The notes beneath the pieces are model-generated. The model searched no databases, had not been told where the DNA came from, and worked only from the letters and a program-made list of their open reading frames with translations. The position numbers and the translations under genes were made by a program. Below are positions 25,957 to 41,495 of a DNA stretch of 64,000 bases, one piece after another (the stretch's first letter is position 1; each line of letters starts with the position of its first letter). This DNA is from Eledone cirrhosa (Eukaryota): contig CAXHJY010001285.1 in assembly GCA_964016885.1 (NCBI GenBank), positions 42,157 to 106,156 on the forward strand. The letters are read 5' to 3'.

Positions 25957-26913
25957 ATTAGGATTGGTGCTCTGAAATAGTGATGTATAGATTAATGTAT
26001 GTATAGTATATTTGGCAATATACCGTATGTATAATTATGTATACATCGCTGTTTGTGTCACAGGAAAAAACACTCTGAGACTCAGAGACAAATATATTGA
26101 CACGGGTAAATGGACAAACAGAGAAAATAAACAGATAGGAAAAGGCACCAACATGTACATTCACCAGCTGATAAATAGACAACTCGATAAACGATCGTAC
26201 CCAGGTACTAATTGGCTAGTTAATGAATAAGTAATGTGATGACAAATTTAAGTTTCTAGACTTTATGTCGTGGATAAACATCAGAGGTGTTTCAATGTTC
26301 TATTACTTTTAGCTGAATGCAATATTTGTTCTATTTTATTTAACATATAAGGTGCAATTCTTTGCGGCAAAAACTTTTAATTCGTAATGTGCTTATCTGC
26401 AGACATTTCGTTTCTATAAACTTCATTTAACTGATGAAGTAAGAATAAATAAATTAATGAAGTGCAGAAAAGATAACATTCTTGCAAGAAGAAGAAGAAG
26501 AAGAAGAAGAAGAAGAAGAAGAAGAAGAAGAAGAAGAAGAAGAACCACGACAACAACAAACAAATGTCTTTAAAAGTTAGCAAAAAGTGAGTGAAAAGTA
26601 ATGGAAGAAAAAATAGAAATGACAATTACTTAAAATCTCATACGATATCGGTTTATTTTCTTACAGACCTAATTTTCAATTTACATTGAGAATTTTTGAA
26701 TTATTAACGATAAATAAAGTTGAAAGAATTAGTTGAGGTACACAATTTTATTTAAAGTCATTGCAGGAATAATGCACACGAAAGCTTATTCGAATATCAA
26801 AATCTGTTTTATACTTCACTATAATAACCCCGCTATTTCGATTAGAAACATTTTCTATTCGAGAGATGTGTATTGGAAATCTTTATACATACATTATATG
26901 AATATATAAATAT

Positions 26914-27001
<88 letters not shown>

Positions 27002-27003
<2 letters not shown>

Positions 27004-28490
27004 CGAAGGAATTGTGGTAAGCAACCAGGTGGACCATAACGCACCAGAGTACTTAATTTTTAGGGTAGTAGAGTGGGTAATAGGAAAAGGTATGACCCCG
27101 ACGGCAGAGCTCAAACCGTTTCGGCAGCTATTTCTGGACTAAATTAGAATTTCTAGCCTGGTAAATAAATAAGCAAACTTATCAAGGGGTACTTCCTTAT
27201 ATGGGAAGATTGTAATTGTCAAGAGGATTGGTCAAAATTTGCTGTAAAGACAAATAGATCTGTCATGGCATTTGGTGGAGGGTAGGGGTGACTGAACTTG
27301 CCGGTAGAACAAAGGAGTGAGTAAAGTCAAACAGGCGTTGAAAGTGAAATCTATACAGCAGATTATAAGGATGGTGTATGAAAATTCGAAAAAGTGTTGT
27401 GGAGAAAAGGAGGAGGGGTGTTTAATGAATAGGTAAGTCGAAGACAATGAAGATAAATATATATATATATATATAAAATTAGATAGTAAGAAATGAATAA
27501 AAAAAACAAATACAGTAGAGTCTAGAAACAGCTGCTATAATTAGTAGGTGTTGCTAGTAGGGCAAAGCTATAGAAAAGTTTAATAAGTAGAATAATAAGA
27601 GAATGGAAATAATAAGAGAATGGAAAATACTAAATAAGAAATTGTAGAAGTGGGTAGCGAAAAATATAATGCAAACTTTTCAGGGGGTCTAACACGGCTG
27701 CTATAAATAGTTAGTAAAGCGTAATAAGCTAATGCTATCTTACGATTACAGATTAATAAGTTGAGAAAAGAAAGTACTACATAAGAAATATTGAAATTGT
27801 AGAATTGGAGTAGTAACAAAAAAGAAAAATTACAGGGGTCTAACACATCTGCTATAAATAGGTAGTAATGCGTAATCGGCCAATTCTATCTTAAAATTAC
27901 AGGGATGTGGGTATTGAGGCTACAGAGGACCGATGGGCTGCATCAGGGTAGGCGAAAGGGGAAAGACAGACGAGGAAGAAGATCGGGGGTGGAAGGAAGT
28001 GATAGGATGAGACGGGGGGAGAAGGAAACGAGGAGGAAAAGAAAAGTGGTACGTCTACCTATGTAAGCAGAGGTATCCCCTTACTTATTCGGCAAGTGGG
28101 GGATATCCGCACTTGTCTACCCACCTGGGTCGTTATGGGCTTTAGGGCGAGGTAAGTCCTGCGCAATTTGTGTTTTCATGCGGTTGCCAGTTTGTCTTCC
28201 TTGTTTAGGAGTTGGTCCTTCGAAAACAGCATTTGTAATGTTTCCTTCGAGCATAAGTTACACGGATGGCGTCCTGCCGTGTAAGAGTTAGCTCTGGACA
28301 GTAAGCTCCAAGTGAGATTGTAGGTTATATTATTATCTTTGAGGTCTCAGATGTGGCCCGAAAGTGTAGTGGCATGTCGCCTGACCGGGTTTCGGAAAGT
28401 ATGACGGTGTTGGTAGAGCCGGGTCTTGAAGTACAAGCGGTTAATCCTATATAAGCTGAAACCGCTTGGCGACGTAGTTGGGATTTTATA
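27002..28490 (-). mobile_element. Hydra-type PLE 3' fragment (GIY-YIG + 3' UTR)
   Basis: AYIGLTAC/FKTRLYQHRHTFRNP..TTLSGHI*DLKDNNITYNLTW..PCNLCSKE..LLNK; (TA)n at both ends. Confidence 0.82.
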
Positions 28491-28508
28491 TATATACATT
28501 TATTTATG

Positions 28509-28579
<71 letters not shown>

Positions 28580-28595
28580 ACACACAGACACACAC

Positions 28596-28641
<46 letters not shown>

Positions 28642-28647
28642 TGTAAT

Positions 28648-30965
28648 TGTAGAAGATCACGCCACCTAGCTTTGACTTTGGAGGCAGTCGATTAACTGCC
28701 CTTAGTTCTGACGTCACGTTCTGAGTCTGAGGTCAGTAGCTGAATACACACTCTTTTGAACTTCGTGTGTTTATGCGAGCAGATGCATTTCACGGTGGCG
28801 AAACAGCGATATCATACCATGCGGTCACGGGATATTTGAACATCGCCACGAAATGCTAATTACGAATTACCAATCATGGAGCGACTGATATGATAACCTG
28901 TTTTGTTTATTGCTCTGGTTAAAATGCTCATGTACATATAATCTCGAAGTATGTTCATTTGGCTTAATTATTTACCTACACCTAACAACAAATAAAAGAG
29001 ATGATCTAGCAGCCAAGCTAGGAAAACGAACTCCCCTCTAAATCGTAAAACAACGCAACCTTGTAAAATTAGTGACCATCTCTCCTAAAGTAGTGTGGCC
29101 CCGATTATGCATCACACAGCCTTCTAAAAAACTTCGAAAAACTTCTAAAAAAAAATTCTAGAGAAACAGAAAAAAAAAACTGATGAAACTAATATTTTAT
29201 TTCTTGCAACTATGCGAAAATAACGAAATTGAAAAATGTTCGTTTAACACAAAAAAAAATTCACAATGGCTGACTGGTCCGCGAATTTTCCCGCCAATTG
29301 TCTTTCTTCTCCGAAATGCAGCCATCTGATTGGCTGAGACACATTATGTGATGCCATCTCCTTCCCCAATTTAAAAAAAAAACAAACATTTAATATTTCT
29401 GCCATGAAGTGATTTGTCTTGTCGACTTCGGATTGTTTTTTACAAATTCACCCGATTATTTTCCCTGTTAAGGACACTTGAGAACATTTATTTTTTTCTA
29501 TTCTTCTGCCTTTATGGATATTGGAGGAAATTTGTGCTGTTTTCCCGTTCTTCTGAACAACTAAAGAAATTTCTGCATTCTTTTTACGTGAATATCACTT
29601 ATTTTTGTACGTCCAAGCTGATATAGATTGACAATGAGTGGTCCTAATTTACCTGCTTCTTCACATTCGAACCAGCCCGTCTCGTCACGCGAGGATGCCA
29701 TGTTAAAAGCTATTGACGCTTTGACGCAGCAAGTCGCTCAGTTATGCAGGGAGAATAGGCCGTATTCCCAGCGGCCTAGGAGTCGTTCGCGTTCTTTCGC
29801 AACTCCACGTCGGCATATTACTTCGCCCGCCAGCAAATCCATTATTTTGCTGGTATCATGCCACCTTCGCGGAGAAGGCGAAACATTGCCAGCCTCCATG
29901 TAAATATTCAGCTTCGGGAAATGTAGATCAGAATCACTAAAGGCGGCAAGTGAACTCTGCGAGATACAACAGAACCGCCATTTCTTCATAGAGGACCTCC
30001 TGTCTGGAACATCTTTCCTCGTAGATACGGGAGCCTCCTGCAGCATTTTGCCAGTGAACTGTGTTAAAGAAACTCCTCCTGAGTCATCAATGAATCTACA
30101 AGCTGTCAATCCTTCGCCGATACGGACTTTTGGACAAATCTCGCTTCTTCTGCAATTCAGAAATCTTCGACGAGAATTCAAATGGATTTTTACGGTTGCT
30201 GACCTACCATACTCGATCTTGGGAGCGGATTTTCTACACCATTTTGCATTGACGGTGGACGTCCGTGGCCGACGCCTAGTAGACGACATTACTGTTTTTT
30301 CTCTTCGTGGACTGAAAGCTAATTTTCCAACGGTTAGCCCGACCTTTTTCATCGCTAATGCTGGGAATTCCTATCATGCATTGTTGAATTCTTTCCCACG
30401 GCTTACTCAGGGAAATTTTCGAGTTGTCGGAGGGTTCATTGGCCCAAAAAACTGTGTAGAACTGTATATTTTTAAGCTGCTATTGTGCGGCGCTTTAATC
30501 CTATATTTTCTATTTGAACTATTTGAACTTTTAAAAATCGTATTTACATTTTATTATAATTTTTTTCTTTCTCGTTCTTGCATGCTTGTTTCATATGTTC
30601 TTTTGAAATTTGTTGTGCACTTCAAGCTCGGTTGGGCTGATTGCTCCTTGGTTTGGGGTTTTTGCTAGTTGCTCATCGTTTTTTCTACATACATGGTCCG
30701 ATGAACCGATTTGTATTTCTTTTTCTAAAAATCTGGTGGGAGACCATGTAGAAGATCACGCCACCTAGCTTTGACTTTGGAGGCAGTCGATTAACTGCCC
30801 TTATTTCTGACTTCACGTTCTGACGTCAGTAGCTGAATACACACTCTTTTCAACTTAGTGTGTTGATGCGAGAAGGCGCATTTCACGGTGGCGAAATAGC
30901 GATATCACACCATGCGGTCACGGGATATTTGAACACAGCCACGAAATGCTAATTACGAATTACCA
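28648..30965 (+). mobile_element. Gypsy/Ty3 LTR retrotransposon (CsRn1-like), internally deleted
   Basis: LTRs 28648-28872 and 30747-30965 (TG..CA). PPT-like GGTGGGAGA precedes the 3' LTR. Gag CHCC finger and protease are present; no RT, RNase H or integrase. Confidence 0.85.
29628..30420 (+). pseudogene. Gag C-terminus + aspartic protease
   Basis: AIDALTQQVAQL..RSRSRS, then CWYHATFAEKAKHCQPPC after a frameshift. The -1 frame reads FLVDTGASCSILP..ILGADFL. Confidence 0.85.
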
Positions 30966-30979
30966 TTATTTATGTATTT

Positions 30980-31066
<87 letters not shown>

Positions 31067-31382
31067 ATATATTTATATGTATGTATATGTGTATATGTGT
31101 GTATTGCTTACCACGTGTGCTTGTTTATTTATTTGTGTCCTTTCCTGTATCGTGCCAACTTTATAATCATTTTTATTTTCTTAAGTCTTATTTTTTATTT
31201 TTTATTTGTATGTGACGGCCTATTGTATTATATGGTTGTTCATAGTTTTTTATTTTTTATTATAATTAATTGTGTGTGTGCGTATGTAGGTGAGTATATA
31301 TATCTATATATGTGTGTGCGTATGTATGTGTATATATATGTGTGTATGTATATGTGTGTATGTATGTGTATATATATATATA

Positions 31383-31457
<75 letters not shown>

Positions 31458-31523
31458 TGTATTTATGGGTATGTGTATGTATGGATATATATATATATAT
31501 GTATGTGTATATATGTGTGTATG

Positions 31524-31564
<41 letters not shown>

Positions 31565-31740
31565 ATGTATATGTGTGTGTGCGTGTGTGTATGTGTGTGT
31601 GTGTGTATGTGTGTTTGCATGTGTGTTTATCTACTTTTATATTTATTCTTTTTCCTTTCCTTCTTCCTTTTCCAGCCTCACTTTAATATATATTATATTT
31701 TTGTTTTTAAAATACACTGTCAATAAATACACCAGGATTT

Positions 31741-31801
31741 TTTCATTCTGATGACTGAAAGCAAATGTTGTTTGCTTTCAAGAAACCACTGGTAAATGAG
31801 A
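31741..31801 (+). ncRNA. Type I hammerhead ribozyme, canonical core
   Basis: TTTCATT CTGATGA c-TGAAAGCAAA-tgttg-TTTGCTTTCA-a GAAA ccactgg TA AATGAGA, with a GUA cleavage triplet. Confidence 0.88.
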
Positions 31802-31951
31802 TAATTATCTTATGTTGTTTATTACATAACTAATAAACTCTGTAACCTACATAGAGCAATCTTATTTCCTGGACATTTCCGACGGAATTACTTCATTTTT
31901 ATATATATATATATAAATATATATATATAAATATATATATATAAATATATA

Positions 31952-33898
<1,947 letters not shown>

Positions 33899-34267
33899 AG
33901 ACATATATACAGAATTGAGTGTTAACTGAGACTTCATATATGTGTATATATATGCTTAATCATATCAGCATGTGTAAAATTTATTTCTCTGTAAATTGAA
34001 ATACAATGATTACTACAAACATGTTTTGGCCTTAGAGCTAAGTTTGGAAAAGTTACTAAATAAGACATTGAATAATCCCAATAGTTAGAAATTCAAAGGA
34101 TCATTATTAATGATAGTCAGCGGAGTGATATCTGAAGAAATTGATTGCAGTCTTAGGCAGACTGAAAGACGGTAATAACATGTGAGACGATATTGATGGC
34201 TATGCATATGCACTGGTAAAAAAGACTGAGAGACAACTGTATCTTTTTACACACACACGCACGCACG

Positions 34268-34328
<61 letters not shown>

Positions 34329-34489
34329 GCATACACATACATATATATGAAGCATTTCCGCCCAGTACGTAAATATAGTAACATTTTTAATAGAAATACC
34401 ATTAAAATTCTGACTCTACGACTCCTAACCTTGCACATAACATTACAGCTTCAAATTTAGCTAAATTACCTATACGTAGGAACACGTGC

Positions 34490-36049
34490 AACCCTGTAGC
34501 TAGTACCAACTGTAATTGTAGGAATCGGGTTGATTGCCCCCTATCCGGGAAATGCCTCTCTAGTAACATCGTCTACAAATGTCAGGTTGAAACACCCACG
34601 TCCCGTAGGGTAGGGTAAACCGCTAATAGATTCAAACAGCGTCTTTACATGCATACCCATTCTTTTCTTAACCCTTTAAGAAGGAATATGACGTCACTTT
34701 CAGCTTATATCTGGAGTCTAAAAGACAACCACACCCAATATAAGTTACATTGGGAGATCCTAGGTAAGAGTAGATCGTATAACGGAAATAAAAGACCATG
34801 TGACCTCTGCGCCGCTGAGGCCCTGGAAATACTCTACGCCAAAGACCACATCTTAAACAAAAAATCTGAGGCAATTTTGGCTTGTAAACATAAATTGCAC
34901 AAAACTTTCCTGTATTACAGCCCCACATTATACCCTAATGGATAGTACGAACTATACGCGGATATTTTACGTCATGGTGTGGTAGCTAAGTATATGTTAT
35001 GTTTATACCATTACTTATTTGTATGGGTAAGTATATATTGCCTGTATGTTTTGTGAAAGTACGTATACTTTCTCGTACGTTAATTTTCATGTATATGTTA
35101 TGGCGTATATATTATATATACTGGTACATGTGCAGCATATGGTTATGTGTATACGTGAGTTGTGCGTCTGTTTGAGTTGCGGGACCGTACGTATGTAGGG
35201 TGTGTGTATATGTGTACTCTGTGTTTTGGTTGACGTGGGTCTGCGAACATATTGGCTTTTACATGTAGATATGCGCATGCGCGCGTTATATACGTATGTA
35301 TGTGTGTTTACTTATATACGTTTATATAATTATAAGTATACGCGCACACACATATATATATATTTTTTTATATATATTTGTATGTGTATTTGGTGTATAC
35401 GTTCGTATGTGTGCGCGTACAGACGTTGCGTGGGTTCCGTATGTGTGTGCATGTTTTTTTGCGTACCTGCTTGTATTTTCATACCGATGGCGAGTCTTTT
35501 CGCGTATGTTTGTGTATGTACGTATATGGATGCGTGAATGTATATATTTAATTTCAATTACCTCTGTAATTTATTTACTTTATTCTTAACTCTGAAGCCG
35601 AGAATCATTCGGTTTCCTAAATAGAATTCTAGTCTACGACTTCAGTTATACCATATACGTAGTTTGACTTTGCGCGTAATTGATCTCACTTCCCACATAA
35701 TGACGTATTATCTTCGTTTTTTCCGTTCATTGCCTAGGAACATCTCCACGAACCACCTAATAGAATATTAGTCTACCACTTCATTTATGCCATAAACGTG
35801 GTTTTGTCTTTGCGTGTAATTGTTTTCAACGATCCAAATAATGACGTATTATCTTCGTTTTTTTTGTTCCTTCCCAAGGAACATTTCCACGAACCAAAGT
35901 ATCGTATTCCCGTCTTCCTTCGGTTGCAACGTTTTTTGAAATATTTACTTCTGCGTTCACAGATTGATTTTTTCAGTTTCAGAAGATCCCGTTAAGGGTT
36001 AAAGCAGCGATTCTTTACTTAAACTTGTATCTGTTATTTTAATAAATAC

Positions 36050-36050
<1 letters not shown>
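34490..36050 (+). mobile_element. Hydra-type PLE 3' fragment
   Basis: CNCRNRVDCPLSGKCLSSNIVYKC, RFKQRLYMH, TSLSAYIWSLK, PCDLCAAE, LNKKSE..CKH. The 3' terminus is shared with 57236-57280. The UTR has an internal 140 bp duplication at about 35620-35897. Confidence 0.85.
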
Positions 36051-36134
<84 letters not shown>

Positions 36135-36280
36135 CAAGTGAGGTTTTTTTTACAAAATGAAAAATAACCGAGGTGTCCTACACGAGTGAAAGTATAAAGA
36201 AAAAGAGATGAAATCGAAAATGCAACAGGAGTCTTATTTTTTTTAAAAATAAGACTCCTGTTGCATTTTCGATTTCATCT

Positions 36281-36392
<112 letters not shown>

Positions 36393-36400
36393 CATATATA

Positions 36401-37282
36401 TATTGTTATGCTTTGGGAGGGTCATGTTGCCAATAAGAAACACACGCACCAGTTGCTTTCACTCCAATTTATTATAAATTAAATTTATAAATTTAAGAAT
36501 TTATAAATTTCCGGTTGGTTGGTTGATTTCACAACCGGACGGTTGTTCATATATTGTTAAAGCTCTTTCATGATACATTCTGTGACCTCTTCAGTGACTG
36601 GGGATTCTTTTCTTTGTTTTTGTGCCTCTCCTTTGTTCTGTCCTACATCATCTTGTTTTTGTGTGTGTTGTGTGCTTAGTTTGCGCATGTGTTACATCCG
36701 GGTGACTGTGTGTGTTTATATTTGTTTATTTATTTGTTTATTTACCTGTTACTGGTTGGTTGTTTGTTCTATGTGTGTGTGTATTTTCATTTTGTCCTTA
36801 ATTGTAAGTTGTGATGTTGCTATTCCATTCACGTTTTCTATTTAATTTTGGTTGGAGTTCATTTATGTTTATTGCCTCCGTTATTCGTCTAAACATTGCG
36901 TCTTTTCTGTGTGTAGATTCTATTTTTATTTCTATGTTCTCTAATTTACCCTTATGTTCTATTTTAGCATGTTGTTGGAGTACAGATGATTCTTTTCTAT
37001 TTTGAAGCTCTTGCCAGTGTTCATTTATCCGTTCCCCTATACTACGTGCTGTCTCATCTATGTACACTATATTCTTATCCGGTTGTGGAACCAACCAACC
37101 AACCGGAATTTTATAAATTCTTAAATTTATGAATTTTATTTATAATAAATTGGAGTGAAAGTAACTGGTGCGTGTGTTTCTTATTGGCAACATGACCCTC
37201 CCAAAGCATAACAATATCGGTTTCAACACACGTTTTCAGATAAAGAATCTTGCTAAACAAATTCAGAAACGACATATATTAT

Positions 37283-37290
<8 letters not shown>
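36401..37290 (-). mobile_element. Nematis/Neptune-like PLE 3' fragment with about 140 bp inverted pLTR ends (36401-36539 / 37078-37216)
   Basis: YIDETARSIGERINEH..SVLQQHAKIEH..RRITEAINI..PKLNRKREW. Hammerhead-like motif at 36553-36600(-). (TA)n on both sides. Confidence 0.85.
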
Positions 37291-37341
<51 letters not shown>

Positions 37342-37346
37342 AATAT

Positions 37347-37376
<30 letters not shown>

Positions 37377-37377
<1 letters not shown>

Positions 37378-37866
37378 AGTAAAAGAGAACCCAAATCACT
37401 TAAACGCATTCTCACTGGACCAAATATACCCAAACCAATCCTCAACCTTACAGTTACCAAATGTGGTAGAACAAACTGTGGAACGTGCCTCTACCTCAAT
37501 GAAGGACAAACATTTACATTCAAAGATGGCCAAACATTTACAGTAAAAAACAATTTCACCTGCAACTCGGAGAACTTGATTTACGCAATAACTTGCGGTG
37601 GGTGCAAACACAACTACATAGGACAGACGGGCACCTCATTACGCAAAAGAATGACCATCCACCGCCAACAAATCCGGGACGCTAACACAAGAAAAATCCC
37701 CTTGAGCAGACATATTGCGAACTGCACAGGAATGAGACTACCCAACTTTAAAATCTTCCCCTTCTACAAGTGCTCAGATTCGTTCACACAGCAACAAAGA
37801 ATAAACAAAGAAAATCTATTCCTTAACAAATTTAAACCAAAACTAAACGGGTTATTACCCCAATAG
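37377..37866 (+). pseudogene. Neptune-type PLE GIY-YIG domain fragment (open frame, 5'-truncated)
   Basis: CGRTNCGTC..FTCNSENLIYAITCGGCKHNYIGQTGTSLRKRMTIH..PKLN. Confidence 0.88.
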
Positions 37867-38448
37867 AATTGTCATAAAATATAAACACACATACGCACGG
37901 AATCACTACTATTAAAGACCAGAGACCAATTCTGTAGAATCAGGTTTATTCGTTGACAGACCATGCCTTTGTGTGACCAACACATCCATGTTAAACCCTG
38001 CACGTGCACACACATATATCTATATATATATGCGCACACAGAATTCACCACTGTCGGTTGCGGGGCCCAATCTACATGAAGAACTCAATGTGATCAGAAT
38101 GACTTGTATTTTAATTTCACTGTCCCAACTTCTTATATTATGGAAAAAATATGTGTCTGTATGTATATATATATATATTTGGAGGCCATTTCTCTGTGTG
38201 TGGGTGTATGTATGTGTATATATGTGTGTGTGTATGTGTGTGCATGTGGATGTATGTATTGTGTGTGCGTGTGTGTGTGTGTGTATGTATGTGTGTATCT
38301 GGATGTATGCGTATGTGTATATATATATATATGCGTGTGTGTGTGTGTGTATATATATGTGTGTGTATGTGTATATATATGTGTGTGTGTGTGTATGTTT
38401 GTATGTGTGTATGTATATATATATGTGTGTGTGTGTATGTATGTGTGG

Positions 38449-38492
<44 letters not shown>

Positions 38493-38561
38493 ATATATAT
38501 ATGTGTGTGTGTGTGTGTATGTATGTGTGTATCTGGATGTATGTGTATATATGTATATATA

Positions 38562-38620
<59 letters not shown>

Positions 38621-41179
38621 ATGTGTATATATGTGTGTGTGTGTGTATGTGTGTATGCATGTGTGTGTGTATGTATGTGTGTATATGTATATATATATAT
38701 ATATGTATATGTATATGTATGTATGTGTGGATGAAGGTATGTGTGTATATATAGGTGTAAGTGCACTAAATCCCTTTCTATCACGCTCCACTCGCCTACC
38801 CACCACAGGAAGATATGTGTATGTATATTGCTTCCACCCCCTCACTGACCAGCAGCTGGCCAGTTGGCGATTGCTAAATCTGACCTTTATAAAATAACCC
38901 ACACCCCAAATAACTTCTCATTCACTACCAGAAAGGGACACAGCAGTCAACCTGTTGTTGCTACCTAGATGAAAACTGCTATGAAATCCCACAATGAATT
39001 TTATACTTGAATTTTCAAATCTCAAATTTTAACTCTTCGTATTATTAATTTTTCTTAATATTAATCAACATTTGAAAAGATGGCTTTTGCAGACCCATCG
39101 AAACCGGTCATTTTTTATACCCTTTATTATTTCCTTACCTTATAAAATTATGTTTTTTCACAAAAAAGTATTCTGTCTCTTATATATTCCATGTGCCATT
39201 ACCAACCCCAATTTTCTCTATATACATATATATATACATATATATATATATATAGGAATGTCTATAAATCGTACATGAATTTCCAGACAATTAGGTATGG
39301 AGATAACGTTAATATATGGACTTCTCCATATCATTGAGTTAGTGGATTTATTCCAACAGAATTCTGGATCATATATAAATGAAGACATTCAGAAAAATAT
39401 ACACGCATCACGATATTATATTTCAATATATAGCGACGTATTTACTGCAATAAGTCACTGGTTCATATTTTTACCCCATAAATAATCGTGACTGCAAATT
39501 GCCTTGTATACATATGATGAAATATGAACCTGCTTTTATTTATGAATAGTTTTCTCTTCAATTCTGTGTCGTAGTGTTTTATTTTTCAAATAACCTTTAA
39601 CAGTTATAAATTAAAACTTCTTTCAATTGTATATTCTGTGATTTTAATGTATTTATATTCATTGCATAGGACGCTAGCTAATAATTCACATTCATTGAAT
39701 AGCATATTCACATGCCAATACCTTATTGAATGGGATCTAATTTTATTCATATATATATATATCACATTTAAACGATTATTATAAATATTGTCTAAAATAT
39801 GTTTTCCCTTGGTTGGGACACACATACACACAATGCTCTCCAGGTCCAATAAAATGAATAAACCATAGTCTTTGTTAAAATTGTATGATGCTGTGATTCA
39901 ATAAATTCAAGCTCCACTGTGTGTGTTTCTTCTTTGTTCCTTTTTTTTTTTTGTAGATTTATCCTCCTCGATTGAACTATGTCATAATTGCATTTACCTC
40001 CAGCATGAATGCAAAATAGGGGGATTAAAAATAGTTTTCTTTCTCTTTTTCTTCATCCATTTATTCCCGAAACAGTCATGACATCCATAATGTCCTAAGA
40101 GAAGCAGCTGTCTCCAGATAATCCGTATATATCCCCTAGTGAGATCAACAGACCTTATTGATATTATACAACCATCTTTACTCATGGAGTTCCTCTGGGT
40201 GTCCACTCGGCTAACTTTCCACATACATTCTGCGAAATGATTCGACATTCAATGCACATGGCTATAATAAAGTTCATTTCTTTGAAGGTAGTTAGAATAC
40301 AATATGTTGAAACAAAGTTGATTACTTAAAACAATAAATACATGTTGATGTGCAAAACTTTCACACCTAATGCAATTATAAACTGTACAGCACAGAGTGT
40401 CATTTGGTAAATGTGACAAATGAAATTCTCTAGAATTTCCAATTGACAAAATGCTTTCATTTCTTTAATGGTTTAGTATATATTACTATGCCAAAGCTTT
40501 TAGTAAGGAAAGGCCGTCATTCCCAGACATTTCAATCAAATTTCAAGTAAAAATATAATTGTGTTAACTAAATTAAGAATTGAAAGTCCTGAAGTCACAG
40601 AAATTGCGAAATTACTATCATTTCATCTACTTAAAATATAACGTTTTAAATTTAATTTTTCCTATATATTTACAAGGTGCCAAGTTTCCCGCTATTTATT
40701 GTTAAATTTTATGAATTAAGATTTACCGTTATCAGTATTAAAAACATGTTTTAACAAGTAAATATATTGCATTGTGGAAATATATTGGAAAAGCCTCATA
40801 TTCAACAAAAGTTGAAATAAATATTTCTATTACGTAAAATAATATCTAAATTTCCTTAAAATGCTCGTATTATATTTTCGGGCTTTTGTTTTCGTAATGG
40901 AATATAACATGTTATTGTTATATATTTCAATGATGCATGGTTTGCACAATCGTTAGAGCTTCGGAAATAAAATATTGTTTTTTAGCTGCGGTTAATTACC
41001 TTTTGTGTTTAGATTCTAATGGGGCCAACTTTAACTACACTGCTTCCAGAATAGATGAGATATAATATCACTCACGCACAGGGTGTCTCATTTATCATGC
41101 AAACACATTCCTTTAAATGTCTGCTATGTTGAAAACAACTACTATCACTATTAAAATTATTAAAAACATGGTTTCAAGT

Positions 41180-41495
41180 CTCTACTGTAGTTAAAGCATC
41201 GGATTCACAATCGTAAGTCGTAAGGTTATGAGTTCGATACCAGACCGGGCGATGCATTGTGTTCTTGAGCAAGACACTTTATTTCACTTTGCTCCAGTTC
41301 ACTAAAGAAATGAGTTGTAATATCACTGTTGCCAAGCTTTATAAGAATTAGCCTTTATCTTGGACAACATCGGTGGCGTGTAGAGAGGTAACTGGTATGC
41401 ATGGAAAACTGCTGGTCTTCCATAAAACACCTTGCCCGGACTTGTTTCTCGGAAGGTAAACCTTCTATGTGCAAATCCCATATGAATTCGTGTTT
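41180..41495 (+). mobile_element. tRNA-derived SINE family B
   Basis: A-box-like GTAGTTAAAGCATCGG, B-box GAGTTCGATACC, central GTGTTCTTGAGCAAGACACTTTATTTCAC. Confidence 0.75.

Noticed and set aside
28170-28350. TGA at the conserved Cys of the CKH motif in a GIY-YIG fragment
   Set aside because: A second TGA replaces a conserved Trp and there is a frameshift nearby; no SECIS was recognised
37168-37866. 232 aa ORF as a single gene
   Set aside because: It is a chance in-frame fusion of one PLE's tail, a (TA)n tract and another family's GIY-YIG fragment
37973-38902. Long Cys/Val/Tyr/His-rich ORFs here and at 6.5, 20.5, 31.3 and 63.8 kb
   Set aside because: They are translations of (TG)n/(TA)n microsatellites
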